This document shows positions 1 to 12,479 of a stretch of DNA of 64,000 bases, piece after piece. The stretch's first letter is position 1, and each line of letters starts with the position of its first letter. The position numbers and the translations under genes are program-made. Below the pieces are notes generated by a model. It did no database searches. It was not told the origin of the DNA and saw only the letters and a list, made by a program, of their open reading frames with translations. The stretch spans positions 37,082,862-37,146,861 of the forward strand of contig CM074511.1 in the NCBI GenBank assembly GCA_037379345.1, written 5' to 3'. Source of the DNA: Perna viridis (Eukaryota).

Positions 1-796
1 ACTGCTATGTCACTCAAAATCTCATAAGGGGTTTACTATCATGCAGTGCAGCACTGACACTAGGAACTCATCTACCCTAAAAATAGCCTGGGGAATCCTA
101 AAAATTCTTTTATTTAGATCATCTTTATTTATAGTTCTACCAAATTAGTTTATTTAAGTTTGAGGCAGCATACTTTGGGCTCAAAATTATCAGAATAAAA
201 TTCCCTCTTTGAAAAAAGTTCATTCATTTAAAAATGTTGTCAACTTTTTTTTATAATGACATGCTAGAGGGACTACTTTGTGTAGGACTTTTTTTGCGTA
301 CGTTCCAAATTGATGATGCAAATGGTGGTCTGTAACCTAAATATGTTAAAACATATGGAAACATATGTTCTGGACCAATATGGATATTTATGTTCTTGTG
401 CTTATAAAGTCACATTGAAACAAAAGTTTTTCAAAATTACAATCCCTTCAAATCCAAACAAATTCTACAGCCCAAATGTGGTTTGGTATATGCAGATTTC
501 ACTGTAAAAAATGGTACTTCTAATCTTCTCTTTTGAGGCAATGAAACCCTTACATGTTCTGTTCATTGCCGCCATCAATGATTGTACATATTGAAGCTTT
601 TTTCCTTTGACTCTGGGGTATAATCATTGACACACACATAGTGTTATACTTATACCATTCATCAATAGTTCTGAGTTTAGTGTCCCCATGTTTTCTTGTA
701 TTAGATGATGTGTCAACATTAAACATGCACAATTATAGTAAAAACACTTTTCTTTGGTATGGATATGATATGTGTTCTCTATAAGTTGAATCACCT

Positions 797-1023
797 TGTC
801 CGTCTGTCATTCCATCTATCTGTCTGTCATTCTGTCCTTCGGTGTACCGATAAGATTTGACAAAAATATCTTGTTTCTGAATTGATGGATTGTTTTCAAA
901 TGTTGGTGTGTTTCTTTATATAGATGGGGCACACTTAGTAAAAGATTTTGGATACTCTCTGCTATCAACTTCTTGTGAGAGTGGGAATATACTAAGTATT
1001 ACAATGCATGTAACTTCCTGTTT
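797..1023 (+). mobile_element. HINE-like relic, family with 3' motif atcaacttcctgt..gagtgggg.tat
   Basis: gtcc/gtct microsatellite at 797-840. The 3' block tatcaacttcttgtgagagtgggaatata is shared with ~5745, ~24663/24856 and ~33648-33710. Confidence 0.55.
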
Positions 1024-3950
1024 GTCATGGTATTGCTACTTTCCAGATTCTAGTTACTAAGCTGCTTATAACTTCTTTGTTAAACATAAGAACTGCAAAT
1101 GTCAAAATTGTTTATCTTCATTATATGTTAGAACAGGTTCTGATTAGTTATTTTCTTTTATTGGTCATTTCATTTTTTTAAGGCATATCTTTAGATGACT
1201 TAGTAATATTTACACAGAGTTTTTGATGTATGAATGGTACTTGCAAATGTCAGAGAATGATAATCAGAAAATTATTCTAATTATTGTAATCATTTATTAA
1301 ATATCAACATCTTGACAGTAAAGTATATCTTTTGGAACAAAATCCAGGATTTTATCTATACTGTATTATAAATTACTTGTATATGTCATTTAAGTGCATA
1401 ATGGGGTTTGGGTTATTGAGGGGTCTCAAAAATATAGATATATACCAAGCTCCAAACAGCTGTAGACACTCTTGTGACTTAACATACTAAGTATATGGGA
1501 ACAGATTGGTATTACAGAGCTGGAATTGGTTCATTTTTCCAACTTTTGAACATATTATAAGGTTTTGATATTTATATACATAAAGGTACCAATGGGTAGT
1601 AATTTCAGAATATCACTGCATCAATAGGTTACCTGCTGCTACTGATAGCCGTATTTTTTTTTCAACTTCCATGTAGTTTTCTGTGTTTTTTATGCATTTA
1701 AACATTTAATATGAATAATAAACACATTAGTATTGATTTTATAATGATAATGTATGTATGATGATTAGGTAGGATTTTCAAATAAAAAAATGTATAAAAG
1801 GGAGTGGTTTTTTGAGCTTCAGCTGTACCCTGTATGCATTTTCCCCAGAAGTAATGCCCCATCTCTTTACAGTGCATTCAGTTCGTAGAAAATATCTTCG
1901 TCAATTGCTGTGAATTTTTAATTAGTCTCCTTATTCTTCTTGATCATTTAGATATTGACTGATGATTGGAAAGTGGAAAGCCATTTATTTTCATACTTCT
2001 TGATTACGAAAACCACAACAGAAAACACAAAAGACAAAGCTCCTTTAAGTCACTATCTTGTGGTGAATTATACAAATTATTGAATAAATGAATTCCTTTT
2101 ATGGGAATTTTATCTTAAACACTAATAGTTCCAGACACAACTTTGTTTGATGATCTTTAAATCATAGGTTATCTCATGTTTTTGTTGTGTCACATTTCAT
2201 TATTGAAGCAAAAATATATTTATTTGTATTTTACAATTACTTGAACCTGTTACCTTAATGAACATATGAAAGGCTACGATAAATATACTAATACTAAATT
2301 TAACATTCTTGTCTACAGTAAAACTTCAAAGGGAGTCATCATAGCTGTAGTTTGTTTAGCTTATTGTATTTAATATCAGAGTACTGTAATCCAAATAACA
2401 CATTTAGTGAGTTGTTTTTATTTCTGGTGAAAGCCATCTCTTAAAATGAAAAAGGTCCTTTTATCATTTTTACACCTTGGTGTCATTTTTTTCCTTGAGT
2501 GGTAGATTTCGTCTGACGAGAACTATATATCACTGTTTTTGGTGTCAGTATAATAGGAAGTATATTTGATATTCTGTTTGCTGGATAATTGTGGATAGCA
2601 TTGGACCTATTGGATGACAATTAAATCATCTCAAAAGGTAAAAAATATAGACTCTTTTTAGAAATAGTTACTTGTAGTTTTGCATGCTTGAAAATCATTA
2701 AATATTTGACTTCTGCTTGAAAATTTATGAGTGGTTTAAAGTTTGTAAGCTTTCATGATTTAAAAATATTTGTAAATCATATGAGTATAAAATGTGATTT
2801 TGATAGCAGAAAAAAATGTCTGAAGAGATTTGAGTAAAGGTATATTTTTCTAGGTGTGAAATTTATCAAATGTAGTTGAGATATTTGTTGTGAAGATTTA
2901 GCACCCAGGCCTTTTCACTTCATGACAAGATATTAATTGTGCATCTGAAGTGTTCAGTAATTATATACAATTTATGCTGCCTCCCTGTGTCAACAACTCC
3001 ATAGAATCAGAGTGTACTAGACAAAAAGCAAGACTTACCTATGTAATATTCGTGGATGAGATATAGTTCTAGACTTGTATTCCAGACAAAGTAATTTATT
3101 TTCATGATCATTTCCATTTAAGAGTGATGTTTTTTTTCTTCAAAAATCCCATTTTTATTGGATTGGTGGTAGACTGTAGGCTTTTTTACTCAAGGACCTT
3201 ACACAAAATATCATCCTTGGTAGGTATTTTTTCATAATGTAAAAACTTCGGGGGCAGATCCAAGATTTCAGGATTGGGTATCTGTAAAAAGAAAATGTAT
3301 AGTGAAGCTAGACAAGAAAATTTTTTGGGTAGAATTTATGAAAGATCAGGATATCATACCAAAAATGTTAACTTTTTTCCAAGTTTAGTCGAAGTACAAC
3401 AGATCCTAAACTTTTGGGAAAAGACCAACATCAACTTAAATCTGTTGTTGGCTTGTACATATTCTACTCTATCAAGAGTCAATTTGAAGTTGAATCAGGT
3501 ATTACGATGGTCAGAAAGTATTAAAGAAGTGGGGCTACAAAGGATATTGTCAGCCCCAAAATGTAAAGGTCAACTAAATGTTTTCATATCACATGATTGA
3601 ATGAGGAATACATTCGAAAAAATAATTAAAAAAAAACAAGTGTCAAGTTCTGGAGCATTAAAGCATCATTTGAACAACACAGTATTAGCTGTTTTCAAAG
3701 AAATTTCAAAAACTTCAAATTTTCAGATACTTCAGATGCAAATTCATGCTTTACCATTTTAGAAACTTCAGAGTATTCATATATTCCATTTAACTCATAT
3801 TTATAGATTTTTAAAATAGATGATCACAAAAAAAAAAAAAAAAACAGAAAAAACAGTGGAAATGGTAAAATAAGCAAATTCATGGTTCATTTCACTGACT
3901 TGTTCATATTCTAGCAACCATGACTATTTTATATTTGAAAAAGTAGTCAA

Positions 3951-4102
3951 GAAAACCAAGATTCAAAGGGAAATTAAAAGAATGTAATCAAAGGACAAAG
4001 ACCAGACATGCGAAAACAGACAAACACAACGAAGAACATAAAATAACAAAAAGAAAATCATGCAAAGTAGCATAAGCAAATGAGCAACTCAGACTCCATC
4101 AC
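3951..4102 (-). mobile_element. Diverged relic of the same retroelement 3' UTR
   Basis: aaaagaatgtaatcaaaggacaaagaccagaca...aaatgagcaactcagactcca aligns by eye to 8150-8297 (aaaagaatgtaatccagggacaaagaccagaca...aaatgagcaactcggactcca). Confidence 0.85.
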
Positions 4103-5629
4103 AGTCAAACTTAGAAATTTTACTATTTATGATGGCTTTATGGCCCCTACACCATTGTGCTTATTATATTGTGTGATATGCCAAGGTCAAATCAGCAACA
4201 GTTTATTGCAAAGGTGGTGAACCTTACAATAGTGACATACAAATTGATCTGTATATGAGAAATGAAATTACTTGAGTTTTCTAACTGCATAGTGAAATCA
4301 AGCACTCATGTTATGGCAGTCAGTTATGAAATTAATGGTTTATTAAAAATTTTCAATACATTTGATTTATAAGACTTTACACTTTATCAAAAAAAGTTTA
4401 TGTGTAGTGTTGATAAAGATCAAATTATAGAAAAAAAACTTGAACAATATATATTTAGAATTTTAATTTTGATTTTTTTTCAAGTGCACCTGTAAAATGT
4501 AAATCAATGAAAGTAATGGTCCAAATTTTGGTGCCATAAACACTGACTATGTAATCTTGAAATTGACACCAAGGTAAATGATGAGTTTACTATCAAGGTA
4601 CAAACAGGTACAACATTTAGTACAGTATTTGTCAAGCTCTCGGTCTCTACCCTGTTATTATCATTTTTATGGACAAAACCTTTAATATTTTCTGTCCTAT
4701 GGTTTAAAACACATGACAAACACCATTGCTTTATAGTGGTATAGATTGGGTGGATCTGGATGTCGGATTTATTGTGATATTGAAATTTGGTGATCAATTT
4801 CAAATTTCATAATTAAACATTGGTTTGAGCAAGGGGGTGGATTGTATATGTAATTGATATTGAGTGATAGATTTCATTTTTTCCATTGGAATATAGCTGT
4901 TGACATAAAAAAAAAAATAGTTGATTTCCAGATTTAATTATATTTGAAATAAAGCAATCATTTCACTCTCATATTGGTTCTATTGAAGAGCTAGTGTAAA
5001 GGGAATACACAACTTCATCATTGTGTCAAAAGGAGAGCTTTAGCTTTGATGTTTTTCTCAATCGTCAGGTAAGGTGCAATTACTTTATAAAGCAGAAAAA
5101 TTGAACAAGACATATTAATCAATGTTAATCAGTCCTTTGATAATGCATTATGTGGTTCTATTCAACTCCATCATATAGTATTACAGAGAATTTGAGACTT
5201 GATTATGATGAGTTAATTATTTTTCTGTATATTGAACAAAAAGAAATCAGGTCTTGGAACTTATAAAAATCTGTTGCATCATTTTGCGTCAAATGATTTT
5301 TAATGTTTTTATCAAGTCATTGTTGAATAAAAGATTTGTTTGCTTGAGTAATTCTATATTTATCTTTGTATGGGTACTAAGTATTCTCATCTTTGATGAA
5401 GCTAAGTACATTGCTAATTTCTGTTTATATATAATGGTATTAGATTTCAAGGTATTCACCTATTTTCTGTATTTTATACCGCAATAAATTCAACAAGTGT
5501 GAGGTATATTGGAATCACCAAATTTCGCTGCAGTTAAATTCAAATGTGATATGTGACTTAATATGTTGTCATATGTTGTAAGCCAATTCAGTTGCTCTTT
5601 GATATAAACTTCCTGTTTTGTAATGATAG

Positions 5630-5810
5630 AAAAAAAATTCATTACAAAAATCTCCGCTGCCAAAGGATGGATTGATTTCAGATATGGTATGTGGCTGTAT
5701 ATGAATGGGACATACATTGTAACAATGTTGGTTGCTGTCCATAATCAACTTCCTATACAAGTGGGGGTATACGTTAACAGCATAACAAAGTTCGCAACTT
5801 CATGTTCTAA
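5630..5810 (+). mobile_element. HINE-like relic of the same family
   Basis: caaaaatctc...ggattgattt...ggtatgtggctgtat...ttgctgtccataatcaacttcctatacaagtgggggtat resembles 24570-24680 plus 24856-24900. Confidence 0.55.
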
Positions 5811-8132
5811 AATTCTCAGTTTTATTTGACTTGCATCTTCGATGAGTATACTTTTGTGAAACTCCAGGAGATGGCTGATAACTATATACTCAGTATGTAA
5901 ATGTGCATGATAAAAGATCATTACAGTCAGATGCTTGCAAGGGCAAATAATTCAACTAAAGGGGTTACATAGGAGTGGGGCAAACCGGTACATGTATCAA
6001 GCTCTCAATGTACCAGTATTGTAGAGAATAGTGTGCTTTTTTCTAGGTTGATGTCATCCACTGTGTCATTTACACCCAAACCAGAATTGTATCCAGATTT
6101 TGAAAATGTCCAATAGATGAACTTAAATAGTTGTGTGGACAAAATGTCAATGAAACAGAAAGTTCTTACTGAATGTTATATAAGAGGGCACCATCTAGCC
6201 TTTAATGTTGAGCAAAAATCAACTTGATCATGCTTGACCTATTGTAAAAAGATATGCTTGCACTTTTTCCTGATCTACTATAGATACCATTAATTAAACT
6301 AATGTCCAATTACATCTTATGTTATCATTAAGAACAGGTTAGTTGATAGTGGTACCCTATTATACAAAGGTGATGATTCAAAGAAACCTTTGACTTTCTA
6401 CGTTATCTATGTGTAGGGGCAATATCTCACAAATTTATGCTTCTGATATGAGAGGAAATTTTGATCACCATCTATATTATCTTAATTGATACAAGACATT
6501 TATTCCTCCCTTACTACAGTATCTTTTAATTAAAAGCAGGTTTGGTGAGGAATTTACTAGAAACATGTTTGATATTCAATAAAATTATGATTCTTGGATT
6601 AGAATATACACCAAGTAAATTAATATTATCAGTTTTTGGCATTTTGACACAATGTAAACTAATGAATCCCAATATGCACTCATCAGTATTTGCTTTTGTA
6701 TTGTTGGAAAAGGATTGAGGAAGGATTTATATTTATTTAGTCATATCTATTGATTCATGAAACATCAATTTTGGTATATTAATGTTTTCTTGGAGACTGA
6801 ATGGCTCAAATCTTTTTGTAGATTTGTATTGGGTGCCAAATATGATGTGTTTATGAAGAAAATAAAAATGACCAAGGTTGAAAAATTTGACTCTGCTGCA
6901 TGACTGCTCATTAGATTCTAATGAAACTTGATTACAATGCTTCTATTGCACTGTTCAATAATTCTTGTCTCTGGATAGTGTAGGAATTCAGGGGAGATAA
7001 TTATGATGACAAGGGGAGATAATTACAGAGTAAAACCAGTTTTGTCGGCCAATGAGTTCAACCATGCTGAAGATTTTATCTTCATGTCTTTACACCTTTC
7101 AGATAATAAAATACTATCACTCCTCCTTAAAATGTTGGACCATTTTTATGTCACCATGTCTGTTCCCCTACAGAGAAGTGTGAGTTTGCCCTGCGAATTA
7201 TTGATGCTAGCTTTTACTATTATATAGAAGTGTACAAAATATATAAAATATTACACATCTGTAGAAACTTTTATTTGATTGCATCATGTATAATTAGCAA
7301 ATTGACTTATACAATTGTTTTAGAGGGAACTTCTTGTTTGGTCATATGTACCAAATAAGTCATAAAATCTTATTAAGTAAACACCAAAGAAGATGTACAT
7401 GTATATCAAGGTATACTTTTTTCTATGAATAATTTCTGGAAAGAAACCACCAGTTGATTTTCATTGTGGTTTTTGATTGTTGCATGAATGGCATGTGACG
7501 AAGTTTAACAGGGATCAGATGGCTGATCAGAGTATTTAAGCAGGTGTACTAAATGGCTAGAAAAAGGGGTGCATTTAAATACCATGTTGAAGTTTAAAGT
7601 CTTTGGTCATTCTAATGCATCAGTAATTGTAAAATAAATAATTGTATTACATGGTTAAATTAGATTTCTTATGGGTATAAGGATAAAAAGTACACCATCT
7701 CAGTCATGAAAGAAATGAATTGCTTTAAGTTAAAAGGACTTCTAAAGAATTTCTAAAACTTTTAATACACTTAGATACCACATTATTAAATGTACAAAAC
7801 AGACCAAGCTTGCCCATTTCACTGCAGTGAAAATCCAGTTATCAGAGATTTTTTTAGACTCTTTGAAGGATCTCCCACGCAATCCCACCCACATATTCTG
7901 TTATAGTTCAGCCTTCTACGTCTGTGGACTGGAATGAGTTTCATGTGCAGTTTAATTTTCATTTCCCCAGGAGAAAGATTCTTGGAAAAGTTACATACAT
8001 GTTTGAATAGGTCTAAGTGCTTTTAGACTGGCAGGATTTTTATACAACTGTGCTTTGATAAATATATCATGGTCACTATGGTCTCATGGTGTACCTATGT
8101 CTGTCCATCCATATATTGTACAAAAAAATACT

Positions 8133-8841
8133 TTAAAAAAGAGTAATCAAGGGAACCAAGGTTATAGCGGTAATCAAAAGAATGTAATCCAGGGACAAAG
8201 ACCAGACAAGGAAAACAGACATACACAACAAAGAACATAAAGTAACTAAAATCATACATACAAAGTAACAAAAGTAAATGAGCAACTCGGACTCCACTAA
8301 AAACTGGGAGCATGGACCAGGTGCATCGGTAGGGTAAGCATCCTCTGCTTTTCTAGAAACAGCCGCTGAGTTGCTCATAAAAAGTCAAGTCCGGGGTAGA
8401 CAAACGAGGGAAGGAAAACTATGACCTGTTGAATAAATCAGTTTTCATGGTGCTGATGGATACACCATAACGATCCACGAGTTCATGATAACGGCCATAA
8501 AACTTCTGTAGTGATGACTTCAATCTTGTAGCAACATGACTCTGTTCCAGAAGCCTATTTGTTAGAGTTCTAGCATGATACAAAAAGTCTGCGTAGTTTC
8601 GGCAAGCTCTGGCACAACGTATGAGTTGTGATATGAACACTCCATACAAAGGAGCCGAAGGGATGTTGCCACAGATGAAAGGAAAGTTGACAATTCTGAA
8701 TGAAAAGTCATCACGTTTGTCGTAAAGTTTGGTCAATAGTTTTCCCTTACCATCGATTTCTAAGTGTAGGTCAAGATATGAGGCTGACTTTACAGTGTCT
8801 GTAGTATCCTTTATCTCAAGTTCTTTTGGGTAGATGTAATG
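8133..8841 (-). mobile_element. 5'-truncated Penelope-like retroelement (RT C-terminus/thumb plus 3' UTR)
   Basis: Open frame 8841->8419 reads HYIYPKELEIKDTTDTVKSASYLDLHLEIDGKGKLLTKLYDKRDDFSFRIVNFPFICGNIPSAPLYGVFISQLIRCARAC...KFYGRYHELVDRY...FNRS*. The YLDL, LYDKRDDF and SQLIR motifs are typical of PLE RT. About 290 nt of 3' UTR follows. CpGs are retained, suggesting a young insertion. Confidence 0.85.
8419..8841 (-). pseudogene. Reverse transcriptase C-terminal fragment of the Penelope-like element (140 aa, lacking the catalytic DD motif and N-terminus)
   Basis: Manual in-frame extension of ORF 8419..8736 upstream to about 8841. RT-like sequence ends there. Confidence 0.8.
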
Positions 8842-11800
8842 TATTAAAGGATTTTAATGACTTTTTTGTGATAGAATAGGAAAACATAATTGTTTTACAC
8901 GAATCTTGATTTTTTACAAATTCTACCCCAAAATTTCACCTAGCCTTTAATTCTGTTTAAACCCCCAACCTGAAATCGTGGATCTACCTCTGAGCATGAT
9001 GATTTCATATTCAAAGACTAATCTCCTATCACTGACTTACTATCTATCAGCTTTTAGGAATAAAAGGCAATAACACTACCTACAAACAGTCCACAAAGTT
9101 AGTTCCATTGTACTGTATTCATTTGAATAAAAAGGCAGAGTTAAGTACATTTGTGAAGCTTGGGTGTTAAACAAGGGGTTAAAAAATTTTATTGCAGTTT
9201 GGTTGACCTGCAAAAACCTGTACCCCACACAAAACGGTAGTTAATAGAATTTTTGTTTTGAGATCAATGATTAAAAACTTTTGACAGATTTTTAGCATTC
9301 TTACATCAATGGTTAATTAACTTAACAAATTTTAAAGGGAAATTGATATTTTAGTTGCATAAGTAATGGCACTGAATACAGTATTATTCTGACATTGATA
9401 GACAAAGAACATTTTCAATATATTTTGCATCTGCATTGTTAGCACAATAAAACATAATTGACTTTTATATAACATCAATGTCATTGTTTTCACTTGGTAA
9501 TGGATGAAATAAATGATTTCATGGTTTAAAGGGGAGACAACCTAATAATGCAGATGTTACATAAAATTGTCTTTGATCTTTTAATCCTTTCCTTTGTCTG
9601 TGTTAAAGCAAGTGTGCAAGTTTCTTTTTAGTTGGAAACTCTTCATAGCTGAGGTAAAAACCCCTACTTTAATAGCTGTAAAGGAATATATACCATTTTT
9701 TATCACTCTGATTTTATCAATAAAAATTGAAATAAAGGCATCATATCCCAAATGTAAAGAAATAAATGTTTAAGACATCAACAATGATATAACAAGTCAT
9801 CCTGTTCCTAACCAGATGCATTGTGCATACAGGTATTCATTATTTGAAAGTAACATTAGATTGAAGTATAAATTTCTCATTCAATGTAAATTGACACAGT
9901 ACACAAGTACTTTGATTTATTTTGTCCTTTTATGTTGTAAATTTGCATAATCTGATCAGAAGACAGCAAGGTGTTCAGTTTAGAGCGCTAAGGTATTGAA
10001 GGAAAGTTGGCATTTTTTATTGAATGGTTCATGATGCCTAATCTATATAAAATTGGTACAGTTTATGCCAAGGTTTGGTAGCTACTTGACAATTCTTTTA
10101 CTATAATGGATTATAAATTGACTTCAGAGGGTTATTTCACTATAAATTAATGCTAATCTTTGCTACATTTGTCCCATGCAAGACATGTGCATAAATGGGG
10201 CTTTATCATAAAATCTGTAACTTTCTAATAGAATTTGTGGGTTTGAGAGTAAAATGAACAATAGAAATTCTATTATGTGGGAATTTAGTACAGTTGAGGT
10301 TAAATAGAGTGTGAAGGGCAATAATGATTGTATCTGACATGTATTGTACTCTGACAAATAACATTTAAGGATATAATCATCCAGGGATCAAAATATGATT
10401 TATGGCTGTCTTGGGTTTTATTTCTATTAGTATCATTAAATTTATATATAAATCTTAGGTGTAGTCATAATGAACCTGAGGGTAGGCTTTTTGGAACTAT
10501 ATATAGACAGAGTGACCAGAAAACAAAGAAGGTGTCTGAATACTTAGTTGGACAGTTGATATTGTGGCTGATCTAATACATGTTGAAAAGGGGGAGGGGG
10601 ATACTGACTTGCCTGGGGGAGGGACACTCCAATGATCACATTTTTCATAAAATTTATGTCAGCTTGATTGTATTTATTCCTATTCTATATTTCTACATAC
10701 CTGTACTACATGTAGAAGATGCCTACTTGCTAATGTAGAAGTCAAGCTTTTAATTGATTAAAGAATATTTTGAATGTAGTACTTATTTTCTGTGTCCCAC
10801 TGGATCATCTATTGTCATTTGTTTGGTGTTTTTTAATGGATATGTAATTAGATTTTTCCTTTTAAAATTTGGATATAGAAGCATTCAATTACCAATAGCT
10901 CTCTTGAGTCGACTTCAAGCATGATATGTACATGTTTAAGTTCTCCTTTGCCATTAAAGACTGATACATGTATATGGAAGCATTAATTGGACTTAATTAG
11001 TCATTCTCCCCAATTACAATAACATGTATCTTGGATTGTTCTGATATACTGCTTTTGATTTTGATTTTGACAAATGTAGTCCCCTTTGGCTACTTCTTAA
11101 AGAAAACTAGCCCCATAGACTTATGTGTTAAAGAATATCAGCTGTCTCCTGGATAGGGGTGATGCAATCTTTGTGTATTGATCAGTGGCGCTTTTAACAG
11201 TTAATGCCTTTTTTGAATATTGGTAGGTGTGGTTTTATAGCATAAATGTAAATATAATTTTTTGGGTTGTGGGTTTTGACTGCCCTACTTGGCACACTTA
11301 TTGGGTTAATGAGGCAATCTTAAGGTGGACTTTTAAGCATAATTAGGTTAAGTATTGCTAACAATTTAGAAAAAATGGGACAATGGATGACAAAGATAAA
11401 TAGTCAATTTTAGTATTAAGAACACCTGAGTACTATATTTAGATTCATAATTATTTTTTAAATTCAGGTCCACTATTTTATGCAAGGTTATGATAGGTGG
11501 AAAACTTCTTACATTTAAAAGAACATTTTTACCAGATGCTTCCTATATGGGACCATTATGTTTTTATGAAAAACAGTTTGATATTTAATTAAAAGTACAT
11601 TATGTTTATGACAAAATTACAAAATCAATGCTTACTTGTCTTCCCCATTGAAAAATTGCTGATTGGTGATGACTTTCTGCATGCTATGTGCAGGTAGAGA
11701 AAATTAATAATCATATTCAATTAACTCCATAAAAAATATCTCAGTGGATTCAAAATCTTTTCAATGACTGCCTTTTAAGGTGTTTATTTCCGCTGATGCA

Positions 11801-12475
11801 TTTTTCACCCATTGATTCTTAGAATTGGATATCTTTGATGCTGAAGAGAGACTGGAGACAACTTAATGTTTTGGGGGAAATGAAAGTATTGGATAATACA
11901 AATTTGTTTTTTCACAATAATTGGATCCGATTGTATTGTTCACCTGCTTGACAAAGTCATCAGCTAACTTTAGCACCACATGTGAGAAAGCTATTTCCAT
12001 AATCTTAGCATAGAAAAAGTTTGGAGTGGTATTGATTTTACCAGTAGGAGAACAAAAAAGTTTACAGTCGCCCATGTGTTTCTCTATGACTTCAGAATAA
12101 ATTATAATTTGCACTGTTACTGTTGTGAAATCAGGAGAAAATTAAAATATTTTGTAATTATATTACAGAAAATGACAGGAAAAGTTATGCAGCAGTCAGA
12201 TTTGTGAGTGACAACCGATGTGAAAACAACAGCAGCTGAGCAGAGATATAAATTCTACCAAGTTTTTGATTACATTGCGGAGCTTTTCTGACTGATGAAT
12301 GCATGGCAGAAATTTGGAGGAGGCCAGTTGCCATTCGTAGATAATTTTTGCAGAAATTGAGATTGTTTGCTGATGGAAATTTGATTGATTGTAGTGAATA
12401 CTTGAAACAAATTCAATTTGTGATATAATGTTAGGATTATTGTGTGTATGAAGTGGATTCTACCGAGACAAAAAA

Positions 12476-12479
12476 ATGG
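12476..12479 (+). CDS. First coding bases (ATG G) of a putative secreted or membrane protein, at the end of a mostly 5'-UTR exon (possible acceptor tattacag| at 12168)
   Basis: The sequence reads aaaaaATGG|gtaaat, with A at -3, G at +4 and a GT donor at 12480-12481. An in-frame TGA lies upstream at 12449-12451. The phase-1 end matches the open, signal-peptide-like frame of the exon at 29078. Confidence 0.6.

Noticed and set aside
7817-7832. 16-bp perfect palindrome tttcactgcagtgaaa
   Set aside because: About one palindrome of this length is plausible by chance in 64 kb.
8055-8378. Overlapping ORFs of 61-81 aa, including a hydrophobic membrane-like peptide
   Set aside because: They lie in the T-rich retroelement 3' UTR, and the hydrophobicity follows from base composition.
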